NCBI GenBank assembly: GCA_964016885.1
Contig: OZ024743.1
Span: 346,642,001-346,706,000 of the forward strand
Direction: 5' to 3'
Source of the DNA: Eledone cirrhosa
Taxonomy: Eukaryota
DNA length: 64,000 nucleotides
Below are positions 15,251-26,193 of the stretch, piece after piece. Positions within the stretch are counted from its first letter, which is position 1. Every line of letters starts with the position of its first letter. The translations under genes and the position numbers were made by a program. The notes beneath the pieces are model-generated. The model saw only the letters and a program-made list of their open reading frames with translations. It made no database searches and was not told where the DNA came from.

Positions 15251-17152
15251 ATGGCTGACTCAGAGTCACTCCTTTCTCACAAACTAACACCTCACACCGA
15301 CACAATCATTGTAAATGTTACTACGTTTGCCAACACTAAAAAAATATAAGCAGTAGCAATATTTTTAATTTGTCTTAGGCAGACATTCATTTCCCGCCAT
15401 TACCAATGACTGCAGGTGTTAAAGCCGCCACCACCACCACCACCGCGAAAACCCCCACCCCCACCACCACCACCGCGAAAACCCCCACCCCCACCACCAC
15501 CACCGCGACAACAGAAACAAAAGAAAAAAAATAGATTAACTCGTGATATCGAAATGAATTCAACCAAAATGAACTCTTCCACACCGAACACCTCTAACGC
15601 CACCACCACCACAACTGAAACTAAAATTAATAATAACAAAAATAACGATAACAACAACAGCAACAATGACATTAAGAAAACCACCCTGAGTTTTGCCAGA
15701 GTAGCAAAACAGTGCGAAGCATTTCAGGTAACTCAGGAGGAATTAGAAGAAGCCAAAAAAATGGTAAAGAAAGATGGGTACAGGGTCAGTCTCACACCTA
15801 ATAAAATGGAGCATCGGCGCCTATGCACGTGTCTTATCGAACAATTAATATAAAATCGCACCGAGTGGAACGCGCAACCGAGTCCCAAATCCAAAAAGCT
15901 TTGGGACATGTGTGGGCAAAAAAAAATACCACATCAGACGTGGGCAGAAGTATGGAACCGTGGACGTGTTCTTTGAAACACCAGAGGAGGCTAGAGAATA
16001 CTCCATGGCCCCATTAAGAAGTGACGACTTCACACTCGTCCCAAGCTATTGTGGCCAGAGACTCGTAAAGATCAGGGTCACCCACGTTCCACCGGCCATC
16101 GAAATTCCCTGGCTAATAGCTGCCGTCCTCGCCGGCATCGAAGCCAACACCAAGATAATAGAAATAGCGAAAGAAAAGCAGGAGAACTGGTCCGGATCTG
16201 GGATGGAGCTCCTGATCCAAGCGGACCAAAAATGCATTGAGGAGATCCCAGAGGTAATAGACCTCACTGACGGCAGCCACCTCACCGTAATTGTCAAGGG
16301 CAGAAGGCCTAGCTGTGTCGTTTGTGGTGAAGGAACCCACCTAAGGGCTTTCTGCCCTCAGGCTAAAAGGATGAGGCCACCTCTCATACCCACCCCAGTG
16401 ACTCAACCAACAACACCACCAACAGCAGAGATGGCAGCAACAACTGTAGCAGCAACAACATAAGCAACTATAACAACAACAACCCCAGCAACAGTAGCAA
16501 AACCAACACCAGCACCACCAGCAAAACCAATCCCACCACCACCCAGCGCTTCAGAACTAGCACCAGCGCCTACACCATCCACCACGCCACAACCAAATCT
16601 AACGCCTGTGGAGGATTTTCCACTCCCCGGCCTATCACAACTGGAGACAGATTGTGACGACGAGGAGTGGGAAATGGTATCAGGAAAAAAGAAAAAAAGA
16701 AACCAAAAAAGAAAAAAATTCTCTTCCATCCCCCTCCAAAAACAAAATACAGAGGAAAACAAATAAATTAACAAACAATAAAGTTAGGACAGATATGCCA
16801 CCATCCACACCAGCATCACCAACCTCATCACCCCAAACACCAACACCATCACCATCATTAACTCCAACACCACCATCACCTACACCACAAAAGTCACCAA
16901 AATGCGAAACAGAAACAAACCCACAACAAACGCAAAAAAAACAAAACAACCAAAACGAAACACACTACACAGCATTAAATTTGAACAACAACCAATTATT
17001 ACACTACATCCAACACAACACCAGCATCACAGAAAAAGACTACACAACAACCCAAAAATTCACACCACCTCCACACATACAAATCACTCGCATCACACAG
17101 AAAACGTATATGACACTAAAATAAAAATTCCCCAAAGACATCGGAGACTTCA
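15251..17152 (+). pseudogene. Disrupted ORF1 of element A
   Basis: ORF pieces 15416-15853, 15912-16463 and 16654-17124 align with element B ORF1 (EELEEAKKMV, RVERATExQIQKALG, LVPSYCGQ, knuckle CVVCGEGTHLRAFC). Frameshifts plus a stop at 16461-16463. Start position is approximate. Confidence 0.85.
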
Positions 17153-19865
17153 TAGACGAGGACCCGGCTACTGGAAGCTAAACGCGTCCTTACTAGCGCG
17201 CAAGGCCTGCAGAGACCGGATTAGCGAACTAGTTAAGCGGGCGTTGACGGGGGCCATCGTCAACAACAAGTGGTGGTTTGCTCTGAAAAGAGCAATTAGA
17301 ATAGAGTCCATTAGGTTTTGTAAGGCTTTAGCAATAGAGAAAAATAGAGCGGAGGGAGAATTAGTTACAAAATTAGACGAGGCGCTTTGCAAAGGCATCG
17401 CGACCGACGTACTTGCAGCGAAATTGACCCTTGACCAATTCTTCAATGCAAAGCACGAAGGCTGCGTTGTCAGAGCTAGGGTGCGTGCTCTCAGACACGA
17501 GGGGACGAAAGCCGTTCAATGGGCCCGAGTGGCGGAGACGCGCCGTGGCAACAAAGCCACGATCCGGTCTTTAGTGGACCACGACGGGCGCATACTACTC
17601 GATCCCGGGCAAATGTGTGAAGCTTTTCAGCGACACTTCGCTCAACTTTTCGGGGGCAGCGGCGGGCCGGATCGAGGGATGGACTTTAGTGTCTACCTCG
17701 ACGGACTGCCGCGGCTCTCGGCCACTGAGGCGGAGTGTTGCGAAAAGCCGATAACAGCCGCTGAAGTACGGGAGGCAATGACTGGCTGCACAAGGGGTAA
17801 ATTGCCTGGTTTGGATGGTCTGCCCTATGAATTTTACGTACAAATGCCAGACTTGTTCGGAGGCCTCTTGGCGGACGTCTACTGCAACTGGCAACAGCAC
17901 GGGAGAAATCCCAGCTCTGTGAGCCCAGGAGCGGTGGCGTTGCTGAGAAAGGATCCGAACAAGGGGGATAACATAGATACGTTTAGGCCCATAACCCTGC
18001 TAAACACAGAGTTCAAGATTTTGGCCAAGGTGCTAGCAAAGAGGTTGGCGCTTGTCGTTGGTGGTCTGGAGGGAGAGGCGCAGATATGCGCCATTCCCGA
18101 CAGATCCATCCACGACAACCTCCACCACATGCGATACATCGTAGAGAGGGTAGCTAGGGAACCTGGCACGGGTGGGTCCTTGATCAATTTAGATCAGTCG
18201 AAAGCTTTCGATAGGGTCGACCATCGTTACCTAGCGGCAGTCCTGAGGGCAGCTGGCTTTGGGCCCGTCTTCAGAGGCTGGATCGCTGCCATGCACAGCG
18301 ACATCTGCACTGTGGTGAGAGTGAACGGTCACCTTTCGGAACCATTCAACATCATGCGCTCGGTCCGCCAAGGATGTCCCCTCTCGTCCCTCTTGTACGT
18401 ATTGACTCTCCAGCCATTACTGCACAAACTGGAGTCGTTGAGGGGCGTCCCGCGCGAACAAGGATGCGGAAGATCCGTGTCAGCATATGCGGACGATGTC
18501 ACCGTAGTGGTGTCGAACGCCAAACACATCGAGGCGATCGGCACTACACTAAGAGAATACGAAGCGGTGACAGGAGCAATGATCAACCAGGAAAAGTCAG
18601 CGGGCCTGCAGCTCGGCGCCTGGAGAGGCAGGTCCATGCCGTCCAACAGCGTCGTCGGGCGCTGGACGGACGGACCAGTTAAATTGCTAGGGGTCTGGTT
18701 CGATCCGGACCTCCATACGGACAAAAACTGGGACGAGGTGACGAGCAGGGTGGCTTCTCTCACCCAGAAATGGGCCGAGAGGAAGCTATCCCTGAAAGGT
18801 CGAGCGGAGGTGGCAAACGTGTACATCGCGTCCGACATCTACTACCGCCTGACCGTCGTACCTTGTCCTAAGCCCCGCCTGGCTGCGCTGGAGCGTTTGC
18901 TCTTTCGCTTTTTGTGGAAGGGACGCGCTCCGATGGTCAGGCGGTCCATCTGCTGTCAACACCCGCTACGTGGAGGGCTGGGCATGCCGTGGCTGATGAT
19001 GCGCAGACACGCGCTCAGGCTACGACATATCCACCTCTTCCTCGACGGTGATCAGGTGTGGTCTCCGTTTGCTAGACACGTCTTTCCCCAGCTCGTGGAG
19101 GGCTGGGCATGCCGTGGCTGATGATGCGCAGACACGCGCTCAGGCTACGACATATCCACCTCTTCCTCGACGGTGATCAGGTGTGGTCTCCATTTGCTAG
19201 ACACGTCTTTCCCCAGCTGCAGTCCTGGGTCAAGCGAAGACCGAGAGGGAGCGGTGGAGGGGAAGAGCGACGACGTACTTGGAGAAACTCTAGGCGTCGA
19301 CGAAAATCAACTAGCCAATCTCTTCGGAAGGACTTTTGGGCCGGGGCCTATGGACAACTTCCAGAAATCCCTGGCCTGGCTGTGCTACCGGGGAGCTTTG
19401 CCAGTTCGGGATAAACTCAACAGGCATGGAGGTGCCGTCAGCCGGGCATGTCCGAGATGCGTGCAGGGCGACGAAACCGTCCTGCACGCACTCGTCCAGG
19501 GTCCGAGCATTGCTGACTTGTGGGTTTATGTCGAACACCTGCTGTCACGTGTAGGACGGATCCAGCTATCAGCTGAGTCCATCGTGAGGATTGCCCCGCC
19601 CTCTTCCTTTAGCCGGGAAGGGCAGGCAATTTTTATCTTTCTGGTGGCCATGGCGAAAGAGATAGTATGGTGGACACGTTTGAAAGGACTGAAGACGAGC
19701 ACTTACCTCTTCGGTGATGCTGTGATTAACTTTTTCAAATTTCATTTGAAAAGCAAAATCAGGGTAGAAAGGGAAGTGCTCTCTTCCCAGCATTTTGTTG
19801 AAAGATGGGTGAGAGAAGCAAGTATGGCCCGAGTGAATGGGCCTACTCTGAGTAAGTGTCTGTAA
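17148..19865 (+). pseudogene. Endonuclease-less, rearranged ORF2 of element A
   Basis: Begins at LHRRGPGYWKLN and retains YADD. Carries a 125-bp duplication (18969-19093 repeated from 19094) and two deletions relative to element B. Confidence 0.92.
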
Positions 19866-20349
19866 ATTAAAGGTGGAAAACTGGGAGAGGGCACTTGCCC
19901 TGGTGGTCAGGGTCACTGTGGTCTTTTAATGGGCTTTCTCCATAAATGTCCCTCGGAAGTCTCCCCCCTATTGGGGAATTTTTCTTTGTTATTTTATTAC
20001 ATCCTCTGTTTTTTTTACACGCAGAAATGCCCATTTGTACCGTCCTGTATTGTCCTGTACTGTCCTTAATGTCTACTTTATGTAAACCCTTGTGGTTAAT
20101 AAAGAAAACATTATTATCATTATTATTATTATTATTGAATGCCATGGTTGACGGAGGCTCGGCTCTGTAAGGTATAGTAATTTTTAACCGTTAAAACAAT
20201 TGTAAATTGTTTAAAACTTGAACCAAATTGTTGATAAAGACACCCTCCTCCTCGTGAGAGGGGTCTTTCTGTCCGTTATTTGGCCCTTCGGGGTTAAATA
20301 ACCAGTTATTGGGGTTTTGTACCCAAAATTTCATTTTAAACAAAAAAAC

Positions 20350-22437
20350 ATGGCTACGAAAAAGAAATTTCATACGTCACTCCCACTCATTCCGTCTTCT
20401 TCTTCCTCAATCATCACTACAGCAGAGAGAAGATTGTCTCTCTCCCTCCCTTCTTTAAATGTGTCTCTCTCCCTCCCTTCTCTTTCGCAAGTGACGAAAG
20501 AAAAGAAAAGTCTCGTGCAAAGCGTGCAAGGTTTCTCCACGACGACGACAGCGACGAAACAGGTGTGCGGGAAATACGAAAACCCAGTTCATTCGTCTGA
20601 CGTCAGGAATAATAGCAGTAGCAGCCGTAATAACAACAGCAACAGTGACAATGAAAACAACAGTAGCAGCCGCAACAGCATCACCAGCAGCATAAACAAC
20701 AACAGCATTAGCAGCAGCAACACCAACAACAACCACAGCAACAGCGGCGGAGGCAGTAGTCGTAGTACCTGCAGCAACAACAAAAGTACCAGCAGCTCTG
20801 ACGACAACAACAACAGCAGAGAAAAACCAATCTCATTTGCAGGTATTGCGAAAAACCTGGAAACAATCCTCATAACAAATGAGGAATTAGAGGAAGCGAA
20901 GAAGATGGTGACAAAGAACGGACACCGAGCAATCTGCAAGGCAGCGAAAAATTTTTTCGAAACCCAAGAGCACTGTACGGTCACGTACCGTACAGTAAGT
21001 ACAAAATCCCGTAGGGTGGAAAGAGCCACAGAGGCCCAAATACAAAAAGCCTTGGGGTCTGTGTGGCAGAGGAAAACGCACATCACCCGAGGCAAAAAAT
21101 ACGCCACCGTAGACGTACTTTTTGCCACACCCCAGGAGGCAAAGGCCCAATCAGTAGTGACCCTAAGGAGCGAGGAAATGGTGTTGGTGCCCTCCTACTG
21201 CGGGCAAAAAATTGTGAGGGTCAAACTGACCCACGTCCCCCCCGGAATGACCCCTTCTTGGCTGGCCGCGTCTGTCCTCGTCGGAATCGAGGACAAAACA
21301 ACTGTACTGCAAGTACAGAAAAAAGTAAGAGAAGATTGGGTCGGCTCCTCCATTGAGATGCTAATCCAAACCAACCAGGAGTGCATCGAAGCTATCCCGG
21401 ATGTGATAGACTTCGATAACGGCACTCAACTGCCCATAAGTGTTGAGGGCAAACGCCCGAAATGCTTTCGCTGTGGATCGAAGACTCACCTCAGGGCCTT
21501 CTGCAACGAGAAGACCCTGAGAAAGGAGAAAACCCCCCTCCTCCCGAATCCGGTTCCACGGCTACCAGCAACAGGACAAGCGGCAACCAGGAACGATAGG
21601 TCCGTGGCACCCATACCCACTCCACGGAAATCAAAGACAGCAGCAGCAGTGGAAATATTAACAACAACAACAGCAATACCAAATGCAGCTGCAACAGAGA
21701 CTCCAGTGCAAACATCACCAACAACAACAAGTGAAAGAGTGGAGCTGGTACCCCTCCCCGACCTTACAGAATCAGACATGGAGTGTGAGGTGGGAGAGGG
21801 ATGGCAAAAGGTCTCAAGAAGGCACAAACGCAGAAGCAGCGCATCGTCGCCTTTGAAAAGGGAGGAAAGAAATGAGAAAAGGGTAAAGTCTACTGCAAAG
21901 AGACCCACAGCAGCAACACCACCAACACCATCACCACCCACACCAGCACCACCATCACCACCGGCGACAACCCCACCGCCAACAACACCTTCAACACCAC
22001 AAGCACCAACATCGCAAACACAACAACAAAACACACACACCCAGCAACAACGACAAGAAAATAGCAGAACCACACCCCACCCCCAGAAAAACAAATGCAC
22101 GGCAATAAACACACACAACAAGAAACTAATGACTTACATAATTGAACACACAGACATTTCACAACAGGACTACATAATACCAGCACCAATCAAAACGCCA
22201 ACTAACATAAGACTGCTAAAAATAGCACAGAAACAATACACAAACATTAAAACGAAATTCCCCAACGCAGTTGGTGATTTCAGGGACCTAGGAGGAACCA
22301 TTAATCGAAGAGTATATTCAGACATTCTCTTAGAAGAGCCGACGACCAGCCGAAGGGACGATTCAACGGTCCCTTCACCAGACGATCAAGTGAAAAGGGA
22401 TGTAAAAACCATCCCTCCTCTACCAAAAATACGGTAA
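20350..22437 (+). CDS. Tx1-type ORF1 (gag-like nucleic-acid chaperone): low-complexity N/S-rich N-terminus, probable RRM-like core, CCHC zinc knuckle, P/T-rich C-terminus
   Basis: Open frame 20317-22437 with first ATG at 20350. Zinc knuckle CFRCGSKTHLRAFC (CX2CX4HX4C). Lies immediately upstream of an EN-RT ORF. Confidence 0.88.
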   Translation: MATKKKFHTSLPLIPSSSSSIITTAERRLSLSLPSLNVSLSLPSLSQVTKEKKSLVQSVQGFSTTTTATKQVCGKYENPVHSSDVRNNSSSSRNNNSNSDNENNSSSRNSITSSINNNSISSSNTNNNHSNSGGGSSRSTCSNNKSTSSSDDNNNSREKPISFAGIAKNLETILITNEELEEAKKMVTKNGHRAICKAAKNFFETQEHCTVTYRTVSTKSRRVERATEAQIQKALGSVWQRKTHITRGKKYATVDVLFATPQEAKAQSVVTLRSEEMVLVPSYCGQKIVRVKLTHVPPGMTPSWLAASVLVGIEDKTTVLQVQKKVREDWVGSSIEMLIQTNQECIEAIPDVIDFDNGTQLPISVEGKRPKCFRCGSKTHLRAFCNEKTLRKEKTPLLPNPVPRLPATGQAATRNDRSVAPIPTPRKSKTAAAVEILTTTTAIPNAAATETPVQTSPTTTSERVELVPLPDLTESDMECEVGEGWQKVSRRHKRRSSASSPLKREERNEKRVKSTAKRPTAATPPTPSPPTPAPPSPPATTPPPTTPSTPQAPTSQTQQQNTHTQQQRQENSRTTPHPQKNKCTAINTHNKKLMTYIIEHTDISQQDYIIPAPIKTPTNIRLLKIAQKQYTNIKTKFPNAVGDFRDLGGTINRRVYSDILLEEPTTSRRDDSTVPSPDDQVKRDVKTIPPLPKIR

Positions 22438-22472
22438 GTGGTCTTTCCCATCGTTTCCACTCTATTTTAAAC

Positions 22473-25400
22473 ATGACCTCACTCAGAATAGGCAGCATAA
22501 ATGCGCGTGGCTTGGGGTCGTCATGGAAGCAGGGTCACCTGCTCAACGACCTCAGGTCACTAAACATAGATGTAGTGGCCATCAGCGAGACCAGAATCTC
22601 CGAAGCACGGGCCTTCGCACCGATCTTCGGCGGCTACGATGTGTACGCATCTCCCAGCCGTCCTGGATCCGGTGGAGGAGTTGCTGTACTTTTTCGGAGA
22701 GGTTTGGATCTCGCCATACGGGCCATCTTCCTGGACCCAGAGGGTAAGCTGGTGGTGCTGGACGTGACCAGCGGAGACGGGCAATCTTTCAGGCTAGTGG
22801 CCGTCTATGCCCCGACAGGAGCAGGGCGGCCTGATTTCTTCCGGCGTCTGGAGACCTTTCTTGGAACGTCCCGCTCTTTAGTGTTAGTGGGCGACTGGAA
22901 CGGGATCTTAGATGCACGCTGGGACTGTGTGGGATTAGCGGATAGGGGTGGAGGGTGCAAAAGCCTCACCAACCTGCTCAGGCGTTTTGAACTGTCTGAC
23001 AGGTACCGATTGGATTTCCCGAATGTGCCAATGTGGACTTGGACAAACCGCATAGGGTCATCCAGATCATATCTAGATAGAGTATTTTGTAGGGAAATAG
23101 ATAGGTCTAGCATAGGCTGTCCACAATTCAAGATAGTCAGCTACACGGACCACAAATTCGTGACCTGTGTGCTTGACTTAGATAGGCTTCATAGACGAGG
23201 ACCCGGCTACTGGAAGCTAAACGCGTCCTTACCAGCGCGCAAGGCCTACAGAGACCGGATTAGCGAACTAGTTAAGCGGGCGTTGACGGGGGCCATCGTC
23301 AACAACAAGTGGTGGTTTGCTCTGAAAAGAGCGATTAGAATAGAATCGATTAGGTTTAGTAAGGCTTTAGCAATAGAGAAAAATAGAGCAGAGGGAGAAC
23401 TAGTTAGAAAATTAGACGAGGCGCTTAGCAAAGGCATTGCGACCGACGTGCTTGCGGCGAAATTGGCCCTTGACCAATTCTTCAATGCAAAGCACGAAGG
23501 CTGCGTTGTCAGAGCTAGGGTGCGTGCTCTCAGACACGAGGGGACGAAAGCCGTTCAATGGGCCCGAGTGGCGGAGGCGCGTCGTGGCAACAAAGCCACG
23601 ATCCGGTCTTTGGTGGACCACGACGGGCGCATGCTACTCGATCCCGGGCAAATGTGTGAAGCTTTTCAGCGACACTTCGCTCAGCTGTTCGGGGGCAGCG
23701 GGGGGCCGGGTAGAGGGATGGACTTTAGTGTCTACCTCGACGGGCTGCCGCGGCTCTCGGCCACTGAGGCGAGGTGTTGCGAAAAGCCGATAACAGCCGC
23801 TGAAGTACGGGAGGCAATGACTGGCTGCACAAGGGGTAAATCGCCTGGTTTGGATGGTCTGCCCTATGAACTTTACGTACAGATGCCAGACTTGTTCGGA
23901 GGCCTCTTGGCGGACGTCTACTGCAACTGGCAACAGAACGGGAGAATTCCCAGTTCTGTGAGCCGAGGAGCGGTGGCACTGCTGAGAAAGGATCCGAACA
24001 AGGGGGATAACATAGACAATTTCCGGCCCATAACTCTGCTAAACACAGAGTTTAAGATTTTGGCCAAGGTGCTAGCAAAGAGGTTGGCGCTTGTCGTTGG
24101 TGGTCTGGTGGGAGAGGCGCAGACATGCGCCATTCCCGACAGATCCATCCACGACAACCTCCACCTCATGCGATACATCGTAGAGAGGGTAGCTAGGGAA
24201 CCTGGCACGGGTGGGTCCTTGATCAATTTAGATCAGTCGAAAGCTTTCGATAGGGTCGACCATCGTTACCTAGCGGCAGTCCTGAGGGCGGCTGGCTTTG
24301 GGCCCGTCTTCAGAGGCTGGATCGCTGCCATGCACAGCGACATCTGCTCTGTGGTGAGAGTGAACGGTCACCTGTCGGAACCGTTCAACATCATGCGCTC
24401 GGTCCGCCAAGGATGTCCCCTCTCGTCCCTCTTGTACGTATTGACTCTCGAGCCATTACTGCACAAACTGGAGACGTTGAGGGGAGTCCCGCGCGAACTA
24501 GGATGCGGAAGATCCGTGTCAGCATATGCGGACGATGTCACCGTAGTGGTGTCGAACGCCAAACACATCGAGGCGATCGGCACTACACTAAGAGAATACG
24601 AAGCGGTGACAGGAGCAATGATCAACCAGGAAAAGTCAGTGGGCCTGCAGCTCGGCACCTGGAGAGGCAGGTCCATGCCGTCCAACAGCGTCGTCGGGCG
24701 CTGGACGGACGGACCGGTTAAATTGCTAGGGGTCTGGTTCGGTCCGGACCTCCAGACGGACAAAAACTGGGACGAGGTGACGAGCAGGGTGGCTTCTCTC
24801 ACCCAGAAATGGGCGGAGAGGAAGCTATCCCTGAAAGGTCGAGCGGAGGTGGCTAACGCGTACATCGCGTCTGTCATCTGCTACCGCCTAACCGTCGTAC
24901 CTTGTCCTAAGCCTCGCCTGACTGCGCTGGAGCGTTTGCTCTTTCGCTTTTTGTGGAAGGGACGTGCTCCGATGGTCAGGCGGTCCATCTGTTGTCAACA
25001 CCCGCTACGTGGAGGGCTGGGCATGCCGTGGCTGATGATGCGCAGGCACGCGCTCAGGCTACGACATCTCCACCTCTTCCTCGACGGTGATCAGGTGTGG
25101 TCGCCGTTTGCTAGACGCGTTTTTCCCCAGCTCGTTTCCTTGACGGAGCTGCAGTCCTGGGTCAAGCGAAGACCGAGAGGGAGCGCCTGGAGACTGGAAT
25201 GTCTTCAGGCGCTCACAGCCCTCGACCAATCGGGCAATGTGATCGGTGGAAACTCCACCTCGGCGTTCTATAGAGGATTAGTGGAGGGGAAGAGCGACGA
25301 CGTACTTGGGGAAACTCTAGGCGTCGACGAAAATCAACTAGCCAATCTCTTCGGAAGAACTTTCGGGCCAGGGCCTATGGACAACTTCCAGAAATCTCTG

Positions 25401-25892
25401 GCCTGGCAGTGCTACCGAGGAGCCTTGCCAGTTCGGGATAAACTCTACAGGCATGGAGGTGCCGTCAGCCGGGCATGTCCGAGATGCGCGCAGGGCGACG
25501 AAACCGTCCTGCACGCACTCGTCCAGTGTCCGAAAATTGCTGACTTGTGGGTTTATGTCGAACACCTGCTGTCGCGTTTAGGACGGATCCGGCTATCATC
25601 TGAGTCCATCGTGATGATTACCCCGCCCTCCTCCTTTAGCCGGGAAGGGCAGGCAGTTTTTATCTGCCTGGTGGCCATGGCGAAAGAGATAGTATGGTGG
25701 ACACGTTTGAAAGGGCTGAAGACGAGCACTTACCTCTTCGGTGATGCTCTGATTGACTTTTTCAAATTTCATTTGAAAAGGAAAATCAGAGTAGAGAGGG
25801 AAGTGCTCTCTTCCCAGCATTTTGTTGAAAGATGGGTGAGAGAAGCAAGAATGGCCCGAGTGAATGGGCCTACTCTGAGCATATATCTGTAA
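22473..25892 (+). CDS. Tx1/L1-clade ORF2: APE endonuclease, reverse transcriptase and C-terminal CCHC finger (1139 aa, uninterrupted)
   Basis: APE motifs SINARGL, SETR, VYAP, GDWN, SYLDRVF, TDHK. Tx1/L1 linker GPGYWKLN. RT motifs SPGLDGLPYE, RPITLLNTEFKILAK, LDQSKAFDRVDH, VRQGCPLS, YADD. C-terminal CPRC-x8-H-x4-C. Confidence 0.97.
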   Translation: MTSLRIGSINARGLGSSWKQGHLLNDLRSLNIDVVAISETRISEARAFAPIFGGYDVYASPSRPGSGGGVAVLFRRGLDLAIRAIFLDPEGKLVVLDVTSGDGQSFRLVAVYAPTGAGRPDFFRRLETFLGTSRSLVLVGDWNGILDARWDCVGLADRGGGCKSLTNLLRRFELSDRYRLDFPNVPMWTWTNRIGSSRSYLDRVFCREIDRSSIGCPQFKIVSYTDHKFVTCVLDLDRLHRRGPGYWKLNASLPARKAYRDRISELVKRALTGAIVNNKWWFALKRAIRIESIRFSKALAIEKNRAEGELVRKLDEALSKGIATDVLAAKLALDQFFNAKHEGCVVRARVRALRHEGTKAVQWARVAEARRGNKATIRSLVDHDGRMLLDPGQMCEAFQRHFAQLFGGSGGPGRGMDFSVYLDGLPRLSATEARCCEKPITAAEVREAMTGCTRGKSPGLDGLPYELYVQMPDLFGGLLADVYCNWQQNGRIPSSVSRGAVALLRKDPNKGDNIDNFRPITLLNTEFKILAKVLAKRLALVVGGLVGEAQTCAIPDRSIHDNLHLMRYIVERVAREPGTGGSLINLDQSKAFDRVDHRYLAAVLRAAGFGPVFRGWIAAMHSDICSVVRVNGHLSEPFNIMRSVRQGCPLSSLLYVLTLEPLLHKLETLRGVPRELGCGRSVSAYADDVTVVVSNAKHIEAIGTTLREYEAVTGAMINQEKSVGLQLGTWRGRSMPSNSVVGRWTDGPVKLLGVWFGPDLQTDKNWDEVTSRVASLTQKWAERKLSLKGRAEVANAYIASVICYRLTVVPCPKPRLTALERLLFRFLWKGRAPMVRRSICCQHPLRGGLGMPWLMMRRHALRLRHLHLFLDGDQVWSPFARRVFPQLVSLTELQSWVKRRPRGSAWRLECLQALTALDQSGNVIGGNSTSAFYRGLVEGKSDDVLGETLGVDENQLANLFGRTFGPGPMDNFQKSLAWQCYRGALPVRDKLYRHGGAVSRACPRCAQGDETVLHALVQCPKIADLWVYVEHLLSRLGRIRLSSESIVMITPPSSFSREGQAVFICLVAMAKEIVWWTRLKGLKTSTYLFGDALIDFFKFHLKRKIRVEREVLSSQHFVERWVREARMARVNGPTLSIYL

Positions 25893-26153
25893 ATTAAAGG
25901 TGGAAAACTGGGAGAGGGCACTTGCCTTGGTGGTCAGGGTCATTGTGGCTTTTTACTGGGCTTTCTCCACAAATGTCCCTCCGAAGTCTCCCCCCTATTG
26001 GGGAATTTTTCATTGTTATTTTCATTGTTATTTTTGTTACATCCTCTGTTTTTGTTTTTTTTACACGCAGAAATGCCCATTTGTACCGTCCTGCATTGTC
26101 CTGCACTGTCCTTAATGTCTACTTTATGTAAACCCTTGTGGTTAATAAAGAAA

Positions 26154-26193
<40 letters not shown>

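Larger units (their letters stand above)
15049..20136 (+). mobile_element. Tx1-clade element A: defective and chimeric (divergent 5' UTR and ORF1, endonuclease missing, RT nearly identical to element B)
   Basis: Starts after (ATT)16 at ...TTATT|GGCGACC. RT-to-3' UTR aligns closely with 23187-26160. Ends in (ATT)n at about 20110-20136. Confidence 0.92.

Noticed and set aside
16902-19121. 739-aa ORF as a novel RT with a basic His/Thr-rich N-terminus
   Set aside because: The N-terminal 80 or so residues are an off-frame reading of ORF1 DNA fused at the 17148 junction, and the C-terminus is cut by the 125-bp duplication.
20137-20349. HDV-like ribozyme at the Tx1 5' ends (also 15049-15150)
   Set aside because: Hairpins are present, but I could not build the nested double pseudoknot by eye. 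An Infernal or RNArobo search would be needed.
20455-25943. Antisense and overlapping ORFs within the Tx1 elements
   Set aside because: Expected shadow ORFs of GC-rich coding sequence. Their conservation between A and B only reflects near-identity of the DNA.
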